Below, piece after piece: positions 59,168 to 64,000 of a DNA stretch of 64,000 nt (position 1 is its first letter; each line of letters begins with the position of its first letter). Made by a program: the position numbers and the translations under genes. A model generated the notes under the pieces. The model did not search any database, was not told the origin of the DNA, and worked only from the letters and a program-made list of their open reading frames with translations. This DNA comes from Patescibacteria group bacterium (lineage in GTDB: Bacteria; Patescibacteriota; Patescibacteriia; UBA10025; JAHIVO01), in contig JBAZKE010000001.1 in the NCBI GenBank assembly GCA_041650915.1, positions 611,097 through 675,096 of the forward strand. Direction: 5' to 3'.

Positions 59168-60094
59168 CTACTTTTTAACTCTTGCTACAGCAATGAGTTC
59201 TGGTCCACGTTTAAATATATTCAGAAGGTATTCTATAGGAATCAGCAACATGCCTGCCGCATTAACGAACCTGTAGAGCACGTAGTTTCTCTTTCGGATC
59301 GATTGTTCCTGGCCATGTGCCGCGGAACTGCGTTTCCCTTTAATAATACCTGCCCTGCAGAGAACTGCAAAGAGCAGTGTGAGCAATAGCGAATGCGCAT
59401 CTCCCCTTCTCGTCTTGATACTGACTACGCCAAAACCGTTTTTTTCAAGTAATAAGCGCAATGTTGCTGGAGAAAAGAAAAAAAGGTGCGCCGGAGGCGA
59501 CATCCACTCCCATACGCCGCGAGAAAATCGTGCCGCGAAACTCGCGATATTTGGCGTCTTAATATACAGTACGCCATTTGCTTCCAACAGCTGCGCAGCG
59601 CGCTGAATGTAACTCGCTGGGTCAACCGTGTGTTCTATGATATGGCGCATCGCCATCACGTCGAATTTCCTTTCAGGCAAGTAGGTGAGCAAATCTGCGC
59701 ATTCGATTTCAACGCCCAGCTTTTGCTGCCCATGGCGGACCGCTTTTTTCGAAAAATCAATTCCTCGAACATGCCACCCTTCTTTTTTTGCAGCAAGGAC
59801 GAAAAGCCCGGAGCCGCAGCCTACGTCCAACATCGCACCTTTTCGAGATGCTGCTTTATCAACTATCCTAATATCACGCCGTTCACTTCTTCCTGTGCGC
59901 ATGCGGTACATGTACGAATAGTCATATGCCGTAGCGTAGTACTCGCCGATTGAATGCTGGTCGGGTTGTGGATTTATTAATACCATTCCACAAGAGCCGC
60001 ACTGAACGACATTATAAACATTTCCAGACCTTGCTGCAAGGTACAGGAAAGCATATTGGTTACTGCCGCATACGGTACACGTAATGTGCTTCAT
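59168..60094 (-). CDS. Class I SAM-dependent methyltransferase with an N-terminal double C..C zinc-ribbon
   Basis: MLDVGCGSGLFVLAAKKEGWHVRGIDFS, FDVMAMRHIIEHT. N-terminal CTVCGSN...CGSCGM. Start moved from the track's 60160 to ATG 60094, which makes an ATGA overlap with the GT9 stop. Confidence 0.65.
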   Translation of the reverse strand: MKHITCTVCGSNQYAFLYLAARSGNVYNVVQCGSCGMVLINPQPDQHSIGEYYATAYDYSYMYRMRTGRSERRDIRIVDKAASRKGAMLDVGCGSGLFVLAAKKEGWHVRGIDFSKKAVRHGQQKLGVEIECADLLTYLPERKFDVMAMRHIIEHTVDPASYIQRAAQLLEANGVLYIKTPNIASFAARFSRGVWEWMSPPAHLFFFSPATLRLLLEKNGFGVVSIKTRRGDAHSLLLTLLFAVLCRAGIIKGKRSSAAHGQEQSIRKRNYVLYRFVNAAGMLLIPIEYLLNIFKRGPELIAVARVKK

Positions 60095-61104
60095 ATAGGT
60101 TGTGCCATAAGCGTATCGATTGCAGCTATAACATCTGATACACTGATTGATTCCATGCAAAGCCGGTCAGCGTAAGCGCATTTTTTTGCATCGCAAGGGG
60201 GATTGCATTTTTTTCGATTTATAATATTTCTGACAATTTTTGCATTGCTATTGTACGGATCCCACTGGAATGAAGAAGGGCCGCAAATTGCGATTTGGCG
60301 CTTTTTTAACGCAGCGCCAATCCACATTGGCCCTGAATTGTGGGTAATCAATAAAAATGCCTGATTGATAAACGCTGCTAATTCTTTAATGTTAAACTGA
60401 TCTATGAGATTGATTACCGCAGTGCTCTTTCGAATGCGTGAGAATACTTCATTTGCAATAATGCCATCGCTGCCTGCACCAATAAAAAAAATTTTATTGC
60501 TGGCATGGCGAGTGAGGTGATCAATGACTTGCGCCCATTTTACGCTTCCCCAGGAACGATTCAGATAACCCTGTTTATACCCGCAGTGGATAATAATTAT
60601 TCTATCTCCCGAGTTAATCTGGTGTCTGTATAAAATTGTATTGACTGTTTCATCCACGTTGCGCAGATCGAACGGCCATATCGGTTTCGCAGGGTCAATA
60701 CTATCGGCAATTCCGTCTTGACGGAGCGTTGAAAAGCCCTTTTCAATAATATTTTTATTACTGAAAATTTTTTCTTTAGAAACGAACTTTTTTTTAGCTT
60801 TGATGAAGCGTAGCAGCATTCTTGACTTATATGCCTGCGGAAACGGAGAAAAGAGGATGTCAAATCTCATCCTGCGTAACTGAATCATGCTTTTCCACAA
60901 TAATAAATTTTTTTTTCGTTTAATTTCAAAGAATGTATCAATTGACGGGTGAGACAAAAACAACTCCTGATGCGGAGTATCGGCCGCAATGTACTTTATT
61001 TCAGAATTGGGATACCGTTTTTTGATTGATTGTAATATCGGCGAAGCGACAATAAAATCACCTAAGCTATGAGACCAAACAAATGCGATTTTAATTTTTT
61101 GCAT
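60091..61104 (-). CDS. Glycosyltransferase family 9 (ADP-heptose-dependent heptosyltransferase-like)
   Basis: KIAFVWSHSLGDFIVASPILQSIKKRYPNSEIKYIA (GT9 N-terminal signature) and ITHNSGPMWIGAALKKRQIAICGPS (compare DsGpMHlAaAlg.P.valFGPt). Track start is TTG 61110; the ATG at 61104 is preferred. Confidence 0.75.
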   Translation of the reverse strand: MQKIKIAFVWSHSLGDFIVASPILQSIKKRYPNSEIKYIAADTPHQELFLSHPSIDTFFEIKRKKNLLLWKSMIQLRRMRFDILFSPFPQAYKSRMLLRFIKAKKKFVSKEKIFSNKNIIEKGFSTLRQDGIADSIDPAKPIWPFDLRNVDETVNTILYRHQINSGDRIIIIHCGYKQGYLNRSWGSVKWAQVIDHLTRHASNKIFFIGAGSDGIIANEVFSRIRKSTAVINLIDQFNIKELAAFINQAFLLITHNSGPMWIGAALKKRQIAICGPSSFQWDPYNSNAKIVRNIINRKKCNPPCDAKKCAYADRLCMESISVSDVIAAIDTLMAQPI

Positions 61105-61111
61105 ATTCAAA

Positions 61112-61870
61112 TTAAGAACCCTGCTTTTTCAAAATGAAAATAAATCCAGGAGACAATGGCTTCAAGCATGCGTATACTCTTCGAGGAATTTTTGTCAGCA
61201 AGGAATTTGATTTAACAACATCCGTATTAAAAAATCTTTCCGGTTCAGAAAGCACCCGATAAGTGTAATCAATAACCGTGAACGGTGCAATAATTTTTTT
61301 TAAATTAAAGTATGATAAATGATTTTCATAATATTTTTCTCCTTTTTTTACACTTTTCATATAAAAATTCGCCAATGATTTTGGGAGCCATGACAAAAAA
61401 GGAAGGTGATAGTGGGGCTCCATTACTTTGAATCGGTTACCGGCTCCAAAATAGCAGATTCCATTCTCTTTTAATATCCGATAAATCTCACGCATTAATA
61501 TTTCAGATGACGGCACGTGCTCGTAAACTTGATTGCAGATGACAACTGAAATGGAATCATTTCGAAAGGGCAATCGCATCGCATCGCCGACTTGGTAATG
61601 AATATTTTTAGCACAGTTATGTTTCTTGCCATACTCCAGTGCTTGTTCATCAATGTCCACAACATAGACTTCTTTTGCCCGTTTGCTCAGCTCAACCGCT
61701 GTGAATCCCGCTGATCCACCGATGTCAACGCAGATTGAATTGGCCAGGCTGCCGCCCGTGCTATTAAAAAAATGTTCAATAATCGTAACAATTTTTTTTG
61801 CCTTATTGATGCGTACGTCTGGGTCAAGGACAGAGGAATTTACCGATGAAAATCGCTGCTGATATTTCAT
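61112..61870 (-). CDS. Class I SAM-dependent methyltransferase
   Basis: CVDIGGSAGFTAVEL (motif I), VYVVDIDEQALEYG, ISVVICNQVYEHV. Confidence 0.7.
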   Translation of the reverse strand: MKYQQRFSSVNSSVLDPDVRINKAKKIVTIIEHFFNSTGGSLANSICVDIGGSAGFTAVELSKRAKEVYVVDIDEQALEYGKKHNCAKNIHYQVGDAMRLPFRNDSISVVICNQVYEHVPSSEILMREIYRILKENGICYFGAGNRFKVMEPHYHLPFLSWLPKSLANFYMKSVKKGEKYYENHLSYFNLKKIIAPFTVIDYTYRVLSEPERFFNTDVVKSNSLLTKIPRRVYACLKPLSPGFIFILKKQGS

Positions 61871-61914
61871 ACCTGCGCCAACCTAAACATTAAATCGCAC
61901 TGTAATAAGCCTAT

Positions 61915-63120
61915 TTATATGTATTTTTGAAAAACTTCAATAAAACGACTTGTCACTGAATCCCAGCTAAACTGGCGATACACGCGCTCTAAGCCATTTT
62001 GTTTTAGCGTATGCCTGAGCGGTGCATTATTCAAGAGCTCTATTACCGCATCGGCGATTGCCCGTGGCTGCTTTTCTGGAACGAGCATGCCTGTCATGCC
62101 GTTGGTAATGATATCCGAGATGCCGCCAACATCAGAAGCTACAACATTGACCCCTGAGGCGAGTGCTTCTAAGAAGACGACGCCGAGCCCTTCTAAGCCA
62201 TCTGATGTCGAAGGGCCGATAAATACGTCTGCCGTGGCAAAGTACGGCGGTAACTGACTATTGGGTAAGCTGCCAATAAACTTTACACTTTTTTTTATAT
62301 GGAGTGCATTAACAGCATCGTACAGCTGATCCTTGAGCACCCCATCTCCAATAACAACGAGTACCGCATCCGAATATTTTTCTAATATGCGCGGCATGGC
62401 TTCGATGAGGTATCTTACTCCTTTTTTTTCAGCAAGCCGCCCAACAAAGAGAAGCCAGGGTCCGGTAATATGAAGAGAAGCCCTCAAGCTCATCGACCGT
62501 TTCAAAGGGTTGAACGTCTCTACTGAAACGCCCATTGGTATGGTGGAAATCAATGCCCGCGTACTGGCATGCCCAGTCAGCTGACCGGTGGCCGTACTGT
62601 TGACCGTACATTCGCTGCAACGCGAAAGACAATATTGTATGAGGGAACGGCCGATAATTGAACGTGCTTGCAAAATATCATCACCATGGATAGTAACTAC
62701 AAAAGGAATGTCGGTGATTTTACTAGCCAACGCCGCTAAAAATCCTTGGGGGACGATCCAGTGGGCGTGGATGAGGTGTATACGCTCTCTGCGCACCAGC
62801 CGAACCGTGGCAAGGAGCTGAAATAAAAAAAGAAGCGGAACTTGGATATACAGCAGCTTATTTCTTTTTAAATTCGGCTGAATGCCTCCCCTATAGCACA
62901 GCTTCTGCAGCGATGCCGGCCAAAAATACTGGTACCGCACAACGGTTACCTCGCCCATCCGTTCTCTTTTCTTAGCCCCGTCATAGTGAGGTGCCATAAC
63001 CGTCACATCGTAGGTACTGGCCAGCCGGCGTGCGAGTTCAAAAACAAAGAGAGGCGTGCTATCTGATTCCCAGCGAGGAAATGTCGTTGTTGTAACTAAA
63101 ATCTTCCGTTTGTCCATCAT
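61915..63120 (-). CDS. Glycosyltransferase family 4
   Basis: FVGRLAEKKGVRYLIEAM...ATADVFIGPSTSDGLEGLGVVFLEALASGVNVVASDVGGISDII; 401 aa. Confidence 0.8.
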   Translation of the reverse strand: MMDKRKILVTTTTFPRWESDSTPLFVFELARRLASTYDVTVMAPHYDGAKKRERMGEVTVVRYQYFWPASLQKLCYRGGIQPNLKRNKLLYIQVPLLFLFQLLATVRLVRRERIHLIHAHWIVPQGFLAALASKITDIPFVVTIHGDDILQARSIIGRSLIQYCLSRCSECTVNSTATGQLTGHASTRALISTIPMGVSVETFNPLKRSMSLRASLHITGPWLLFVGRLAEKKGVRYLIEAMPRILEKYSDAVLVVIGDGVLKDQLYDAVNALHIKKSVKFIGSLPNSQLPPYFATADVFIGPSTSDGLEGLGVVFLEALASGVNVVASDVGGISDIITNGMTGMLVPEKQPRAIADAVIELLNNAPLRHTLKQNGLERVYRQFSWDSVTSRFIEVFQKYI

Positions 63121-63135
63121 GATAGTACTTGTACG

Positions 63136-64000
63136 TCAACGAAGCGATCTATGATTGTAGTGCTGTTTCTTATTAAAGTACAGATTTTCTTCCTCAATCC
63201 TCCGTATTCTCCCCATCATATCCGCTATGAGAGCGAGAATAATGAGTAGAAAACCAAGTATCACAAAAACACCGCCAACGATGATTAATGATTGGAACGG
63301 TGCTGTATTGCCGGTTGCAGCCCAGTGAATAAATACAAATAACTCCACAACAAAACCGATGCCGATTAAGGCCAGCCCGATAATCCCAAAAAATTTCAGC
63401 GGTTTAAAATCTCTCATGGCGCGCAGCATGATGATCAGCGACCGAATACCGTACCGAATTACATTTTTTGCTACACGGGAATCACCATGTTCCCGCTGGC
63501 CGCGAATTTTCAGCGGTATTTCAATGACCGGGACTTTTTTCTGCACTAAATCGATAAACGTCTCTTGGGTATAGGTAAAATCACCAAAAAGATTTATTCG
63601 GAGTGCGGTATCATGGTTCATCGCACGAAAACCGCACGAAACGTCGGTAAAATGCTGCTTTGTGATGAAATTAATAATCCCGGCAACAAAATGATTACCA
63701 AATTTCTTGAAAAACGGCATTTTCGGCGTTAAACTTTTATCTTTAAACCGAGAAGCGGTAACAAAGCCGGCGATGCCATTGAGGATTGGCTGGATCAAGG
63801 CAGGTATGTCGAATGGATCAAACTGCAAGTCGGCATCCATATTGACGATAACGTCACCGCCATGCTTGAGCGCAGTCAAAACACCGGTTGAAAAAGCCGC
63901 GCCGACTCCCATATTAGTCGCATGGCTTACTACCGTAGCCCCCTTCTCACGCGCTAAAAACGCTGTTTTGTCCGTTGATCCGTCATCAATAACGATGACT
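63136..64000 (-). CDS. GtrB/DPM1-like GT2 polyprenyl-phosphate glycosyltransferase with two C-terminal TM helices (N-terminus beyond the 3' edge)
   Basis: The frame continues past the track's ATG at 63912 to the window edge (reverse-complement translation of 63913-64000 gives ...VIVIDDGSTDKTAFLAREKGATVVSHATN). GT-A motifs (DADLQFDP) and C-terminal TMs (FFGIIGLALIGIGFVVELFVFI, LIIVGGVFVILGFLLIILALIADMMG). Confidence 0.75.
   Translation of the reverse strand, partial: VIVIDDGSTDKTAFLAREKGATVVSHATNMGVGAAFSTGVLTALKHGGDVIVNMDADLQFDPFDIPALIQPILNGIAGFVTASRFKDKSLTPKMPFFKKFGNHFVAGIINFITKQHFTDVSCGFRAMNHDTALRINLFGDFTYTQETFIDLVQKKVPVIEIPLKIRGQREHGDSRVAKNVIRYGIRSLIIMLRAMRDFKPLKFFGIIGLALIGIGFVVELFVFIHWAATGNTAPFQSLIIVGGVFVILGFLLIILALIADMMGRIRRIEEENLYFNKKQHYNHRSLR

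Overview
This is a 64-kb window of low-GC (about 40%, visibly heterogeneous) bacterial chromosome with dense, overlapping genes and standard stop codons (no sign of UGA recoding). No similarity searches could be run; family calls come from reading conserved motifs in the supplied translations. The ORF track uses ATG, GTG and TTG starts, so several 5' ends were moved to the first plausible ATG.

The first 9.5 kb is housekeeping:
- a type IV pilus inner-membrane operon, pilC (3' fragment)-pilM-pilN-pilO plus a small membrane ORF, with no secretin in the window;
- rpmA, with a near-consensus promoter and a bidirectional terminator;
- a minus-strand operon murA-ctpA-acyP-rplI-pyrG;
- a PEGA-domain envelope protein.

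From about 9.5 kb to the 3' edge (over 50 kb) nearly every gene belongs to one very large surface-glycan supercluster:
- dTDP-L-rhamnose genes (rmlA, C, D, B) with an HD-domain gene and a NUDIX gene inserted, followed by ahcY;
- a module of decaprenyl-phosphoribose-synthase-like UbiA prenyltransferase, a GtrA-like 4-TM protein and a GT-C-like membrane protein;
- a likely 2,3-diacetamido-sugar pathway (Gfo/Idh/MocA oxidoreductase, DegT aminotransferase, hexapeptide acetyltransferase, UDP-GlcNAc 2-epimerase);
- a complete beta-type ADP-heptose pathway (gmhA, pfkB kinase, gmhB, cytidylyltransferase-fold adenylyltransferase) with a GT9 heptosyltransferase 25 kb away;
- a triad for a 6-deoxy-L-hexosamine (UDP-L-FucNAc-like);
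- two Wzx-type flippases and at least 14 GT4/GT2/GT-B transferases;
- two short GtrB/DPM1-like polyprenyl-phosphate sugar synthases;
- four large polytopic GT-C-like membrane proteins, two of them each paired with a paralogous N-anchored extracellular protein of about 515 aa;
- three SAM methyltransferases, an ATP-grasp enzyme, a second acetyltransferase and a deacetylase-like protein, the last group sitting in a conspicuously AT-rich sub-cassette (about 49.6-55 kb).

No rRNA, tRNA, CRISPR, transposase or integrase was recognised. Several sigma-70-like promoters (TTGACA/TAGACA -35 and TATAAT -10) are visible, while Shine-Dalgarno motifs are sparse. The most interesting candidate system is an extracytoplasmic glycosylation apparatus using polyprenyl-phosphate donors (GT-C proteins, extracellular partner proteins, a DPPR-synthase-like enzyme and GtrA-like proteins) embedded in a multi-pathway nucleotide-sugar island.
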